A DNA stretch of 63,901 bases, filler included, from Octopus bimaculoides (Eukaryota), in NCBI RefSeq assembly GCF_001194135.2. It is 7 parts of 6 records of this genome, joined end to end, with 100 filler letters (N's around TTAATTAATTAA, not from the genome) between each part and the next. Parts side by side here need not be neighbours in the genome. Positions count along the whole stretch, not along the records: positions 1 to 31,772 come from NC_068987.1; 6 more parts are not named here. The stretch is one strand, 5' to 3'. Position numbers and translations under genes: made by a program. Shown here piece by piece: positions 1 to 14,321 of this stretch (position 1 is its first letter; every line of letters begins with the position of its first letter). The notes under the pieces are model-generated. The model was not told the origin of the DNA, ran no database searches, and was given only the letters and a program-made list of their open reading frames with translations.

Positions 1-58
<58 letters not shown>

Positions 59-85
59 CGTGTGTGTGTGTGTGAGTGTGTGTGT
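1..85. repeat. (TG)n microsatellite, representative of dozens of (AC)n, (AT)n, (AG)n, (AAT)n, (AGAT)n and (ATAC)n tracts in the window
   Basis: Direct reading. Confidence 0.95.
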
Positions 86-3000
86 ATTATACGTGGGTGT
101 GTAGAAAAGTTAGTCGCTTTAACGGTTTCGCGAAAGGTCTGGTTGGATGCCCAACCTTCTCAACCTTCTTTCCCAGAGCTTAGACCGCTGCGACAAATGT
201 GTGAGTCTGAGAGGGGAATATGTTGAGTGAAATCATAATTAACTGATTCTCACGTATTTTCTTTTACCCAAAGCCAGGAACTTTTTAGAATACCCTAGTA
301 TATGTATCATATATATATAATGTGTGTATGCGTGTGCTTGTGTGTAAATATGTATAAATGGTATTTAAGAAATTGGAATTTAAAATATATTTTCTTCATG
401 AACAGTGACGTAGACTGCCTTTGTTTAAAAAGGAAACAAGATTTCAGCCACCCTTTGAATGTCGCATTATTTCTTGTAGAAATCTATTAAACACACTAAA
501 TGTAGAAATCCATGAGTGCATCAAATCTTCATAATGTCATCATGTGGAAAGGCATTACTTAGTATTTCTGGTCCGATGAGCAGTGATATACAGTCAGAGA
601 ATTACTAAAGGTCTACGGCTCTACGTACTCATTACGTTTATATTGTGTAGCATTATTATTACAATGAGTAGTGTATCCTAGATTACTAACTCGAATATTT
701 AGCTTTTGTAGTATAGGTCATTTTTCTTGAAATATTGCATGGAAGAGCACAAAATACATGATGCTAAATTAAGGAGTTTGAGGTACTTTCTCAAATCATA
801 CTGGTTCCTAGGGGCCGGTTTCCCGGTTTCCATGGCATATAAATTCCCCACATGGACGGGACGCTGGTCCGGCGCAGGAGAACTAATTTTTGCCAGTTGT
901 GTAGACTGGAGCAACGTGAAATGAAGTGCTTTATCATCTGGTCTAGGATCATACATTAAACATTAAGCATTAAACCACGTGCCTCCACAATTAAGGGATT
1001 TGAATGCAGATAAAGCCCCTGTACGAGACAACGTATATAGACGCTGTTGAATTTAGACTGAGTATATTACCCACACCATAATTTGTTGCTTGTAAAAGGT
1101 CATCATTTTACTATCTAAATATGAAACATAATGTTGGTATAATCGTGTGTGATTTCAATGTAGAATCTCCTATAATATCGAAGAATGCTGGTAGAAGGGA
1201 TTTGCATATACTTCGATAGTATGCAAATATATATGGCTAAACTTAAAGATCAATGCCTAATTGATCTTTAAGTCTAGCGTAATTGTTGGAATCAGTTGTC
1301 CTTCAAATTTCAAATTCTTACAAATGTTTTGCACGAACGGAAACATCAATGCTCTACTGATACAAAATTTACTACTATTCAATGCAAACTGTCAATAATC
1401 ACTCGGTTACGTTTTACTTGACTAGCTACCTTATTTCTAGTCTTGAAACGTTGAATTTCACAAAATGAAAAAAATAGCATGACTAATTACATGGTTACCA
1501 CAACATGCTATCTAATGTACCCTTAAAATATATAAAACTTTTATGAAATTTACTACAAAATAAGATCCACGCCACAACACATCACTGCAAACACCTACGA
1601 CAGCGTACACATATGCATATCTAAATGTATGAATGCATGCATGTACGTTAGTATACATACCTACATTCATATAAAAAAGATTACTCTCTTCATATTGACT
1701 AAATACCAATGAAAGAGTTTCATTTCTTGGCTAGAAGGCTAGAAAGCTGTCTTTTATCTATGGCTGAGAGTTTTGAAAATTAAAACCTGGAAAATATGCA
1801 GTAATATCACACATTTATGTTTATATTGTGTAGCATTATTATTACAATGAGATGAAAACTTCGATTAACTGAAACTAGAATTGGTACGGTTGAATTTTAT
1901 TTTTAATTTGAGTTTAATTCGATTCATTATAACTTATATGTAGCATTAACAGTATAAAATGTCTTTTTTTCGGCTATTTCTTCCTTCATCATATTCATAA
2001 AATTCATAATTAACGTTACTTCAATTTTTTGTTTCAATATATGATGATTACAGTCAGCTTCGTCATTAGAGGAGCATGTGTTGTTGATAAGGTCTTATTT
2101 TTGCACATTTTGCTAATCGTCTTTACAAATGAAAACGATCGTATATTCTATTTTTTTTTTCATCGCAAATTTCATGTTTTTGATCAGATGAGAATTAGTT
2201 CATTAAAAAGTACGACGGAAGTTTCATCCAAAATTAGCATTAGAAAATCACGTTCGAAAACTATCAAATATTGAATCACAGTTTGAGCCCAACGTTTCTG
2301 AATAGTTACTGAGCGAGAAATATGGAAGAGCTATTTAATTTCAGCTATACATACATACATACATGCATACATACATAATACATACATACATACATACATA
2401 TATANNNNNNNNNNNNNNNNNNNNNNNNNNNNNNNNNNNNNNNNNNNNNNNNNNNNNNNNNNNNNNNNNNNNNNNNNNNNNNNNNNNNNNNNNNNNNNNN
2501 NNNNNNNNNNNNNNNNNNNNNNNNNNNNNNNNNNNNNNNNNNNNNNNNNNNNNNNNNNNNNNNNNNNNNNNNNNNNNNNNNNNNNNNNNNNNNNNNNNNN
2601 NNNNNNNNNNNNNNNNNNNNNNNNNNNNNNNNNNNNNNNNNNNNNNNNNNNNNNNNNNNNNNNNNNNNNNNNNNNNNNNNNNNNNNNNNNNNNNNNNNNN
2701 NNNNNNNNNNNNNNNNNNNNNNNNNNNNNNNNNNNNNNNNNNNNNNNNNNNNNNNNNNNNNNNNNNNNNNNNNNNNNNNNNNNNNNNNNNNNNNNNNNNN
2801 NNNNNNNNNNNNNNNATATATATATATATATATATATACATATATAGATATACATATATATATATAGAAAGATATATATATATATATAGAAAGATATATA
2901 TCTATATACATATATATAATACATAAATATGGATAACTGTGTATTTGCTTGTGCATATGTGTGAAGATAGAGCCTCTTTTATTGCAAACACTCACAAACT

Positions 3001-4403
3001 AGAATGTATATTAAATGATCTATTTAACCACGATTTCATTTGTTTCAAACATCACAGTTAGATTTGCTCAACAATAGAACAATCAATTTCATCGATACAA
3101 ATGAGTTGTATGTAATATCCGTCGTAGAAAGTACCTGCTAATTGGTAACAGGGCATCTGTTTGCAACACATTTCTCCTGACACGCCTGAAGTCAAATCAT
3201 TGCATATACCCTTACAATGCTTCATTAGAAGTGATAAAGTCAGAATGAATTTGAATAAAATCAGAAATTGGATTATTCCAAAGTAAGGAAGCAGTAAAGA
3301 TGTTCAAAATTACAGACTTATCTCTTCTATCTTCAACTATCACCTAAGCTCAAGGAACGAATTAGCAGCAATAATTGGATTATGCAAAGCTAAGTAATAC
3401 TACTTAGCATGGTTTTAACCCATCTGTTATATTCCCTACACAGTTGCCGCAAAATTATAATTGTACTTTAAAGAAGCTTTTCAAAGAGATACTCGTAGAT
3501 GTGATGCAGGCAGAACTTAACTAATGCCATCAACAACATTTGTCATTGGTCAACATGCGACGATATACCAGACTTGGCTACAGTTAATAAATGATCGAGT
3601 TAGTCATGTGATATTTTAAAAGATAAGATTCAAAGAATTGCAGAGCCAACGAGAGAGTTTTCAATATATTCAGCAATTAAACCGGTTTTGTGGTTTTATG
3701 AAATCCTCAAACCTACAAAACAGGAGATTTGAGGGATTTCGTGGTCATTGTAGCACACCAGGATATTCTAACCTGTCTATTCTGCAATCAGAAGCCGTTC
3801 CAGAGTTACAAGCAAAGTGACAAGTTTGTTTTCAGGGACAGTTTTAATTCCCCACTGCCCAAAACATAAAAGTCATACAGTTGTATATTTTACGGGAAAT
3901 TGTGTGAAGTTTGGCAATTATATTGGTAAAAAGCACGGCTTAGTATTCCTGCATTGCGTAAAATTTACGGCATCTCCATACTCAGTAAATACTAGAAACT
4001 GCAATGAAATAGGTTTGAAAAATACTTGCCATAACTATTATCACCAACTTATAACTGATCAACAAACACCTATTAAATATATTGTTATATGTTGCTTAGT
4101 CCCAGGTCGGTTTTAATGAAAAGATGTATGGTCAACATTTTTCCATTATTATTAAGCCAATGCCGGGTTGTTTACAGCCTCCTAACTTGGCAGTTTGTCT
4201 AAAGAACAACAGAATAAATAGCAGACTTGAAAGTAAGTGCTGGAATCGATTTGTTCGATTAAATCCTTCAAGGTGATGTTCCAGAATGGCTGTAGTAAAA
4301 TGACTGAAATGAGTAAGACATAAAGATATGATTAAGCCACATTTCATTTCATATGTGAAAAAATAATACTTTGCTTGTTTTTCTCTTCCATTAAAATACA
4401 ATG

Positions 4404-5024
4404 CCGTAATCCCTCGACTATCGCAGGCGTTACGTTCGAGAATGCCCCGCGATAGGTGAAAATCTGCGAAGTAGAAATAGTACTGTATATTTATTTTTAT
4501 TATTTCAATAATTTGTATATATTTATTTTATTCAAATGCAAAACGGAGGAATCGTTTGTTGTTGGCACTCCGTCGCTTACGACGTCGAGGGTTCCAGTTG
4601 ATCCAATCAACGGAACAGCCTGCTCGTGAAATTCACGTGCAAGTGGCTGAGCACTCCACAGACACGTGTACCCTTAACGTAGTTCTCGGGGATATTCAGC
4701 GTGACATAGTGTGACAAGGCTGGCCCTTTGAATTACAGGCACAACAGAAACAGGAAGTAAGAGTGGGAAAAATTGTGGTAAAAGTGTACAGGAGGGTTCG
4801 TCACCATCCCCTGCCGGAGCCTCGTGGAGCTTTAGGTGTTTTCGCTCAATAAACATTCACAATGCCCGGTCTGGGAATCGAAACCGCGATCCTATGACCG
4901 CGAGTCCGCTGCCCAAACTACTGGGCCATTTTGCCTTCACAGGGGGGAAATCGACATAAGCTTGAATAATAAACCGCGATAGGTAAACCGTGATAGGGAA
5001 ACCGCGATATGGTGAGGGATTGCT
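4404..5024. mobile_element. pogo/Tigger-like MITE with a SINE inserted inside
   Basis: Left end cgtaatccctcgactatcgcagg and right end ccgcgatatggtgagggattgcta are imperfect inverted repeats. Internal repeats of ccgcgatagg. Confidence 0.65.
4560..4936 (-). mobile_element. tRNA-derived SINE (family C)
   Basis: B-box-like ggtttcgattcc in the head on the minus strand. The 3' module (...acacgtgtacccttaacgtagttctc...) is shared with copies at 47790 and 51726. Confidence 0.85.
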
Positions 5025-6662
5025 ATACTCTGAAATAGCAATTCAATGATATTTCGTAAGTCTATGATTTACATATAAAACTGGAGACAGTTACCTTCAA
5101 TATCAGATGAAACCTACTAATTAACATTTTTTTTCAGAGTACACTAATATGAAAAAGGAACAATGGGGTGTTGACCACGACGACGTTTGAACTCAGAATA
5201 TAAATAGCCGAATCATATATGACCTGCTAGATTCTTGCTCTTACAATATTCTTCGTTTAGGCGATATTTGAAATCAGAGAGCAGAGAAGTAAATCCAGAA
5301 ACGTTTACTACCCAATAGCTTCACACAACTACACACATTGGCACACACATGCACACGCGCACATATACACACAAGCCCGCGCACGCACGAGCATATACAC
5401 ACATTTATACATAAACATGTGAATATTGTGGCTATAAGCACGTGAATGTGTGGGTTTGTGTGCGCTTATGTAAATAACAGAAATCGTTTTTTTTTTGCCC
5501 TGTCGTTTTTATGTCCTGTTATAGAATCGTTCTGTAAGGTACACCAAATGAAGCCACAAATTTATATAGGCACTGAGTCTAATCCAAATTGCATACGAAA
5601 GGAAGAAATGAAGTTAATGGAAAATGAAAGAATAAAAAAATCTATCTATCTATCTATCTATCTNNNNNNNNNNNNNNNNNNNNNNNNNNNNNNNNNNNNN
5701 NNNNNNNNNNNNNNNNNNNNNNNNNNNNNNNNNNNNNNNNNNNNNNNNNNNNNNNNNNNNNNNNNNNNNNNNNNNNNNNNNNNNNNNNNNNNNNNNNNNN
5801 NNNNNNNNNNNNNNNNNNNNNNNNNNNNNNNNNNNNNNNNNNNNNNNNNNNNNNNNNNNNNNNNNNNNNNNNNNNNNNNNNNNNNNNNNNNNNNNNNNNN
5901 NNNNNNNNNNNNNNNNNNNNNNNCACATACATATATACATATATATACACCAAATACATTCATATACACATACATAAAAAATGAATGCATGCATATATAT
6001 AAAAAAGAAGCATACATTCACACATACACACACACATACATACATACATGCATGCATACATACATACATACATACATACATACATGAATGCATACATACA
6101 TACACACACACATTTGTATCGCCATGTATGATGATACAATTTGAGCAGATATCGCAGTAATCAATTTCATACTTTCATTTAGTGTATAGTTTATATTACT
6201 GAGGGGTGGTTTAAGGGTGGTAGAACATGGAACCGACAGCCCTCGGGATGGTATATAATACAGAAGTTATATCCGCTATGATATAAATCATCCTTCTGGT
6301 TTGATGCAGTATCAAATAGCCACATGGGAACAAACTTCTTTTATCTCAGATACGAGGAGCATTATTTTTCCTAACACAGTCAACCATTAAGATAGAAACA
6401 CTCAAAGATTCAGACGCATATATACAGCTACGCACGTATAAAAGCATGGATGCATGTACGTATATATGTATGCATGTACTTATGCATGCATGCAGCACAC
6501 ACACACACATATATATACATACACACACATGCGCGCAAATATACACATATAAATATGTGTGTGTGTGATATTGTGTGTTTGCATGTGCGCGTGTGTGTAT
6601 GAATATATGCATATAACACATGCAAACATAAATATATACATATATAAACATATATAATATAT

Positions 6663-7230
6663 ATGGAGTGGCTGCATGGTAAGACGGTTGCTTCTCAACC
6701 ACATCGTTCGGGGTTCAGTCCCAGTGCGTGGAACATTGGTAAGCATCTTCTGCTATAGCCTGATGCCCGCCAAAGGCATTTGAGTGGATGTTGGTAGACG
6801 AAAACTGAAATTCATCGTATATATTCTTTATATATTTATATTTATATTTGTGTGTGTATGTATATGTGTGTGTGTAAGTGTGTGTGACGTTGTGTCTGTG
6901 TTTACATCCCCATAACCTCGCAGCTTGTGAAAAGATTTCAATAGATGAGTAACAGGCTTTAAAATATGTAAGTACTAGGGTCGATTCATTCAAATGAAAT
7001 TTCTCCAAGGCGTTGCCCCAGCATAGCTGTGGTCTACTGAGTGCATCAAATAAAAGATAAAAGATAAATATGTTGGTATATTACGACCCCGTAACTTAGC
7101 GGTTCGGCAAAAGAGACAGATAGAATAAGTATTAGGCTTACAAAGAATAAGTCCTGGGGGCGATTAGTTCGACTAAAGGCGGTGCTCCAGCATGGCTGCA
7201 GTCAAATGATTGAAAGAAAAATAAAGAATA
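6663..7230 (+). mobile_element. SINE family A copy plus adjacent tail fragment
   Basis: ggagtggctgcatggtaag...ggggttcagtcccagtgcgtgg head; second tail at about 7080-7230. Confidence 0.8.
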
Positions 7231-8299
7231 TCGAACCGAATTTAATGATACTAATATGTATGTATGTTTTTTTTCAATCTCTTTAATTCCTGATATCATT
7301 TCTATTCTGTGTAAGTCGGACCTTTTTGTATATAAACATATGAACATTTTTTTTGTATTCAATATATTTAATATTCTTTGTAAATCGACTTGTCTAACTT
7401 GCTTATCGCTACATTAACACCAATACAAACAAACACTTATGATACTCATATATAAAGACTGATTTAAATTTAATCAATCACACAAATGTTCTATCACAAA
7501 CATAATTAATGCATGCAGTATATATTTATGAATGCAAAACAGATTAATATTTATTGGTGTGTATCCACATACAACGGGTATTATGTAAGCTTCTTGTTTT
7601 TCTTTGATTTATTTGATCGGGAAGAAGAAGACTTTGCATACCCTTCGAGACAATTTTGCTAATTCAAGAGAATGTATTCGGGGTTCAACGAAATGTGTGT
7701 AGTTGTTTCTGCAGCACTTGTATCAGTTATGTGAGTGGTTAAAATGTGGATGACTAGAGGTGAAGAGAATGGTGACTCAGAATCATTTTGAGTCGAAGTG
7801 GTAAGAAGCAAATAGTTCCTAGGAGAAAATTAACTAGTTTTAAATATATAAGTAAATAAAAGAAAACAAAGGTTTAGAGAGAGGTGACAACCCCCCATGG
7901 GCAAGATGTTTATATTGATCAGTGCCTTCAAGCCAATACTTTGAGTGGAATGAATTGGAATGCAATCTAGTTTGTCTGTAGAAATGTGTTGTCGCAGCAA
8001 CATGCCAAATGTGTGTGTAACATCCCATATATGTCAGTCCAGTGTTGCCCAAACGTGAGCTGTGTAAAATGCCTATCTATTTTCTAGTTTTGAAGAGGTA
8101 GGCTAGTCTTAGTGATACAGTCTTTCCTAAGATAATGTTCTACATTAGCTAGGAGAGATACTTCATTGATGACACGTGATATAATACATCAGTATTATAA
8201 TCTAGTATTATAATCCAGTATCATAATCCAGTATTATTACCGACCGTGAATATTCTTTTCGAGTTTCGAGATTTTCGTGTTCAGAATAGATATTGTTTT

Positions 8300-9420
8300 G
8301 TTCACATCCATTTTGAACATGCTGTTATCTTTGAAGAATCTAACGCTCTTTTCATACCGTGCTATGCGGGTATCTTTAGCAGGTACCTTTTGTTTGATTG
8401 ATTCTTTCTAAGGTGGTATGGAAGTCAAGTATGGTTTCATATTATGCTTTTTCCTTAATTTTCTGATTTTTGTTGGTTGGATATTCTTGTAAAACTTATC
8501 GTTTTTTTTATATCAATCCTAAGTAACTGAAGTTGTTGTTGGACACGCTCTTGCCAAATAGGCTTTCTTTGAGAATGTTGTATTTTTCTAATGTTTGCAC
8601 CACATAGAATCGTTGAGATCTTCGCGGATGCATAGTACAGGCGACTGAGATCTGCAATATCAGCATCATTAACTGAAATTATATCTTGAAGTGCAAGGTG
8701 GATTTTACCACTTACTTTCGTGTTTTTTTTTAGAGTTGCGAATTTCAGGGGAAGTGTCATGTTGATTCATACTGATTTCTTTAATTTTCAGCCATTCAAT
8801 CTTGATTTGATTATTTAGATCATCTACTTCAATTGGGGAAGTCTTTGTATGACTTTCTTCATCTATTTGATTATCATCTTCTTTGGCATTTATGGTTGGT
8901 TCAAAAAATATTTCACTTTGCTTATCAATTACATAGACTCTTTCTATTATTACTGCATTTTCTTCAGATCTGGGCTGGTCTGTAATCAGTAGTATCTTCT
9001 TTCGCTGAGACTTCGTTTCTTTTATCCCTCGCTGATTGTTTAATTTGGTCAATCTCTAATTCAGATGGTAGTTTCTTTTTTATGTTTCTTCTGACGTTAG
9101 CAAGCATCTTACAATCTATGTGGGTTCATACTTCAAGGTGCTTCTCTCTCCAGATTAGGTAGGTTTATTCAGTATTAGATTTATATGAGGCACGATAAAA
9201 TGTCTTAAGAAATTCTTTATTATCTTACCATGGCCATTTTTCATTTCTTTTTCTTTGGTTATTTGATGACGAGCGTGGATGGCAATCTGTTGGAATATTC
9301 TGGTTGTGGGGTACTTCCAGCTCTTGCGTTTCAAGAGGATTTGAACCAGTAGATTATTTTTCGCACCAAGTCTGGTTCCTCACTGGGGTGTGCGGCTCTT
9401 GTTGTTGACCCGGGTGATGG
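8300..9420 (-). mobile_element. R4/Dong-like LINE, N-terminal ORF remnant
   Basis: ORFs 8455-8760 and 8705-9052 (..IADLSRLYYASAKI..KPIWQERVQQQLQLLRIDI) resemble the pre-RT region of R4-clade elements. Assignment from recalled family motifs. Confidence 0.55.
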
Positions 9421-9940
9421 AGGATCCGGTGTGTATTTTGCTTCGTTATCATTGAAGCATGAAGAGCTTGGACGTTTATATCGGGGAACTGATCTATCTG
9501 TTTAGCGTTAACGTTTTGAAACAACACAGCCTCCGAGTTCTCTAAAGGAAAAAATTGCTCGTAACTTAGCTTCTTAAGGTTGACATTTAGTCGCCTTTAT
9601 TTATTTATTTATTTATTTATTTATGGTGCTTTAAATTTAGGAATTGTTCATTCTGTCTGTGTTAGCTCCAAGGAAATTTGTTTGTTATCGTTTTGCTTCG
9701 TTTGCGACACGTGCTTTCATATGTGTGTATGCGTGTCTGTGAAGTTCACGTAGTTGTGTAAACATTGGGGTGTATGTGTAGTCTTATGGGTATTAATATG
9801 TATGCATGATTGAATAAACATTCGAGCATATACGTAATTAATCAATTTACCTACTTACTGTTTTGTTCTAATTATATCTTATAGTTTGTAAACTTTCAGA
9901 TCTTGATTTCGCATGTATCTTTCGCAATGGTTCACTGTTA

Positions 9941-9999
<59 letters not shown>

Positions 10000-12374
10000 G
10001 TTATTATTATGATTATTATTATTATTATTGAGATCTTGAGTGTGACGATATAAAAAAATTTTTTATGTTCATTTTTACTACATTGAATATGCTAACAACA
10101 TAATCACTTAAAGATGCCAAGCATGAAAAATAATTTATAGCTTCAGCAGTATAACAGTACTTGACAAAGTGTTTATAAAAGAGTTACCAAATAAACTTGC
10201 GGTGCCATAAACGTGTAGGCGTGAAGAAACAACGTAGTTAAAGGAAAATCAACGAAAGTAGGTCAATTACGCAGAGAATCATGTGTATAAAAATATTATT
10301 CCATAGTTACTGCAGTTCTTGTGTTTGTAAAACACGTTAAACTTTCACGCCTACGGACTTACAGTTTTATACATTTAATTAGCCATTTTCTCATAACTGT
10401 GTCGTCAGTAAGTGCGGAGAACACCGTTTACCAAGGAGGTCTAATGATACCGTAATGTGTCTTTAGGTGTTTCCCATATTAGCTGAAATAATTTTAATAA
10501 TTTTGTTTTTCTGTTTGTTTTGCAATATTCTTGATGTAAAATTGTCTGTTGGAGCTGATTACAGCAAACATGCAATAAGTACCGAGAAGAAGGAGTCGTT
10601 CGAGGAGTACGGAGTCATATATAAGGTCACATACGTCTTAATTGATAGACCATTTTACAGCCTAATCGATTAATAGCCTAATCGGTTCACAATTTGACAG
10701 CCTAATCGATTAACCATTTAACAACCTAATCGATTAAACATTTGATCAGATCATTCTTTATCGAATTGACTGATATTGAAAAATCAAGTACTTTTATTAT
10801 AACGATTACAATGGCTTTGCCGCGACACTCACAGTAGCCAAATATCACTTAAATCACAACCTATTGTCCTTAAGATGATAACGCAACCTTAGACTCTGCT
10901 TATCACGAAAAAGAAAGGGAAGGAAAACAAAAAAATTATATTAAATCTTGGATTGTTTTGACGTTAGGATCGACAGGGAACTAAAAGACAGTGAACACCA
11001 CCATTCAGGGATCACCGTAGCTATCGTTCGAGATGCTAGACATAGCAAGCAAATGTATGTAAGATGATGCTCTATCGTATTCTGAAGGCAATCCTACTCT
11101 TAGTAATATACTTCTAAACATATATCTCTCAAAGCACAGTGATATTCTGCTTGGAAGTTATTCGATAGTAGGCCAGTTCATCAAAATTTGCAGTAACAAG
11201 TTACTATACGATATTCAAGAAATAGTTGTCAAATTTAAATCTCAAAATCGTCTTCAAATGTTTTCAGTTTGGAAAATACGTATTAAATAATCTAGCTTTA
11301 GATATAACTTTCATAAGACGTGTTAGTCACGACTAGAATGCATTCAATTTTGAGATTCTGTTCATTTAAGATTGACCTTAAAATAAATCAAGATCAGTAA
11401 CAACCACAATAAGAGGAAGATCTTGTTTTAAATAACAAGCAAGGTACTGTATTCGAAACACAGTATCTAAAATTGAAACAACACCGTCATGTTTGGAATG
11501 CCTCATCATTCCACTACAATCATTATGAATCTCTCTGCTCATTCTTGATCGGGGCTTAAAAATGGCGCTCACATATACTATGATTTAAATTGTCACTTAA
11601 ATGCTAACGCAATCACAAAATTGAAAATTAAATACAAGTACACGCATATGTACATAGTGAAAAATATTTAAATGCATTTAGCATACATACGAGAGTACAA
11701 TTATAAATCCCTAAACAGTTGAAGCCCAACCATACATATAAAAATATACGTATATAAACATGCGTATTCGAAAAACTCAATCACTCTTATATGTATGCGC
11801 ACAGACACACTTCTACAAATTCAGATCAATATATGCAGAATCACACACAAACTTAAATGTTTACAAATCATATGCACATAGTCATACATACGTATTTGCA
11901 AATAGACACCCACATATATATGCATACATAACCATAAAAATGTATATGATAATAAACAGATCAAACAAATAAATGCAAATAAATACATAAGCGCAGAAAA
12001 TTTAGGAAGATACCCATGTAAAATACTATCAAATTTATAAAAGAAGCACATAGATCTTAACACGTACGCAAATGCACAAGCACAAATAAGATACAAGCAT
12101 AGATGCGGAATCAAACACGTCATGTATATACACGCATATGCACACGCACATATACACATGCACATATACACATGCACATACAAGCAATCACATTTCAATG
12201 TACGCAACGATATCTCAAACGTACGGATGCAAATACCATGATTTACAATAACAAATCATCTTATGTACACACACATGTGCACAGCATCACACACATACAC
12301 AACAACACACGCATACACACAGCAACATGCACATGCACACGTAGAAAATGCACGTATATGACATAAACGTATAT

Positions 12375-12422
<48 letters not shown>

Positions 12423-13376
12423 TACATACATACATACACAGGCACGCACAAATTTATAAATACACGATAAAAAAATGTAAGATGCACAGTCGCACACAGG
12501 TACAATAACCTATACACACAAACAACAAGGCTCCCCCCTCGCATACAAATATAGACAAACACGAAAACGCATTGGCACAAAGTTGGGCGTACACACTTAC
12601 ACATAAATAAACATTTACACAGAGATACATACATACACGAAAAGAGCTTATTGACTTTAATTTCCCTGCATAGTGCAGTCGTATTAAAACTGTCACAACA
12701 TATCAGTTGCCGCGGGCGATAGTGAAAGTATAGGTATGCGAGAAAAATGCATTAATGTATAAGTGTGTGCGTGTGCATAGTGTGAGTGAGTGTGTGTGTT
12801 TGTGTGTGAGTGTGTTAGTGTGTGAGAGAGAGTGTGTGTGTGTACATGTGTGTGTGTGTCTGTGTGTGTAGGTGTGTGAGTAATAGGACACAAAGGGAGG
12901 AACATTGAAGGAGAGAAAACAAAAGTGTTTGTTGGGAGAGAGAATAGAGGGGTAAAAAGGCAAGTGAGAGAGAGGGGGAGAGAGGGAGAGAGAGGGAGAG
13001 AGATGGAGAGAGAGGGAGAGAGAGGGGAGGGAGAGTTAGAGAGGGGGAGAGAGATGGCATGGAGAGAAATGTGGGCAGGGAAGGATAAAGTTTTTGAGTA
13101 CAGTATGGAGTATAAGATCGATCAGTGCAGAGCATGATCGAAGAGAGATAAGGAAAAAGATGTGAGTGAAAGAGAGATAAAAAGCGATGGAAGAAGGAGG
13201 ATGGGGCTAAGAGCACATCACAGCATCCACTGCATTACAGAATGTTTTTTTTCCGTACAGACATATGCGCGCCCTCACACACACATACACACAAACATAC
13301 TCACACATTCACAAAATACATACCTACAAACACAAACTCACGCATATACCCATATATATTTGCCATTATCTGTTGG

Positions 13377-13429
<53 letters not shown>

Positions 13430-14321
13430 GTGTGTGTGTGTGCATGTAGATGTTTACATGTATATATTTGTATGTACAACTATCTNNNNNNNNNNNNNNN
13501 NNNNNNNNNNNNNNNNNNNNNNNNNNNNNNNNNNNNNNNNNNNNNNNNNNNNNNNNNNNNNNNNNNNNNNNNNNNNNNNNNNNNNNNNNNNNNNNNNNNN
13601 NNNNNNNNNNNNNNNNNNNNNNNNNNNNNNNNNNNNNNNNNNNNNNNNNNNNNNNNNNNNNNNNNNNNNNNNNNNNNNNNNNNNNNNNNNNNNNNNNNNN
13701 NNNNNNNNNNNNNNNNNNNNNNNNNNNNNNNNNNNNNNNNNNNNNNNNNNNNNNNNNNNNNNNNNNNNNNNNNNNNNNNNNNNNNNNNNNNNNNNNNNNN
13801 NNNNNNNNNNNNNNNNNNNNNNNNNNNNNNNNNNNNNNNNNNNNNNNNNNNNNNNNNNNNNNNNNNNNNNNNNNNNNNNNNNNNNNNNNNNNNNNNNNNN
13901 NNNNNNNNNNNNNNNNNNNNNNNNNNNNNNNNNNNNNNNNNNNNNNNNNNNNNNNNNNNNNNNNNNNNNNNNNNNNNNNNNNNNNNNNNNNNNNNNNNNN
14001 NNNNNNNNNNNNNNNNNNNNNNNNNNNNNNNNNNNNNNNNNNNNNNNNNNNNNNNNNNNNNNNNNNNNNNNNNNNNNNNNNNNNNNNNNNNNNNNNNNNN
14101 NNNNNNNNNNNNNNNNNNNNNNNNNNNNNNNNNNNNNNNNNNNNNNNAAACCTTTATCGGTAAGACCATTTATCATCATAAATATAAGGGATTAGCAATT
14201 GAGTTGCTTCTCCAACATACTGAAAATTCAGAAACAGCAGTCAAAGAACTACTGATTCTAAACTACTATTTTTATTAACTAACATTCTTATGTTTCAGGT
14301 TCTATATGTAACTATTTAATC

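Noticed and set aside
699-956. Overlapping antisense ORFs 699-956 and 727-924
   Set aside because: No homology recognised, and the 3' part is a SINE scrap (tttgccag..gactggagcaacgtgaaat).
10467-10625. Possible exon VFPILAEIILIILFFCLFCNILDVKLSVGADYSK...IYK as a cyclase TM segment
   Set aside because: Weak donor (gtcaca), the hydrophobicity is explained by T-richness, and it does not match rutabaga TM motifs.
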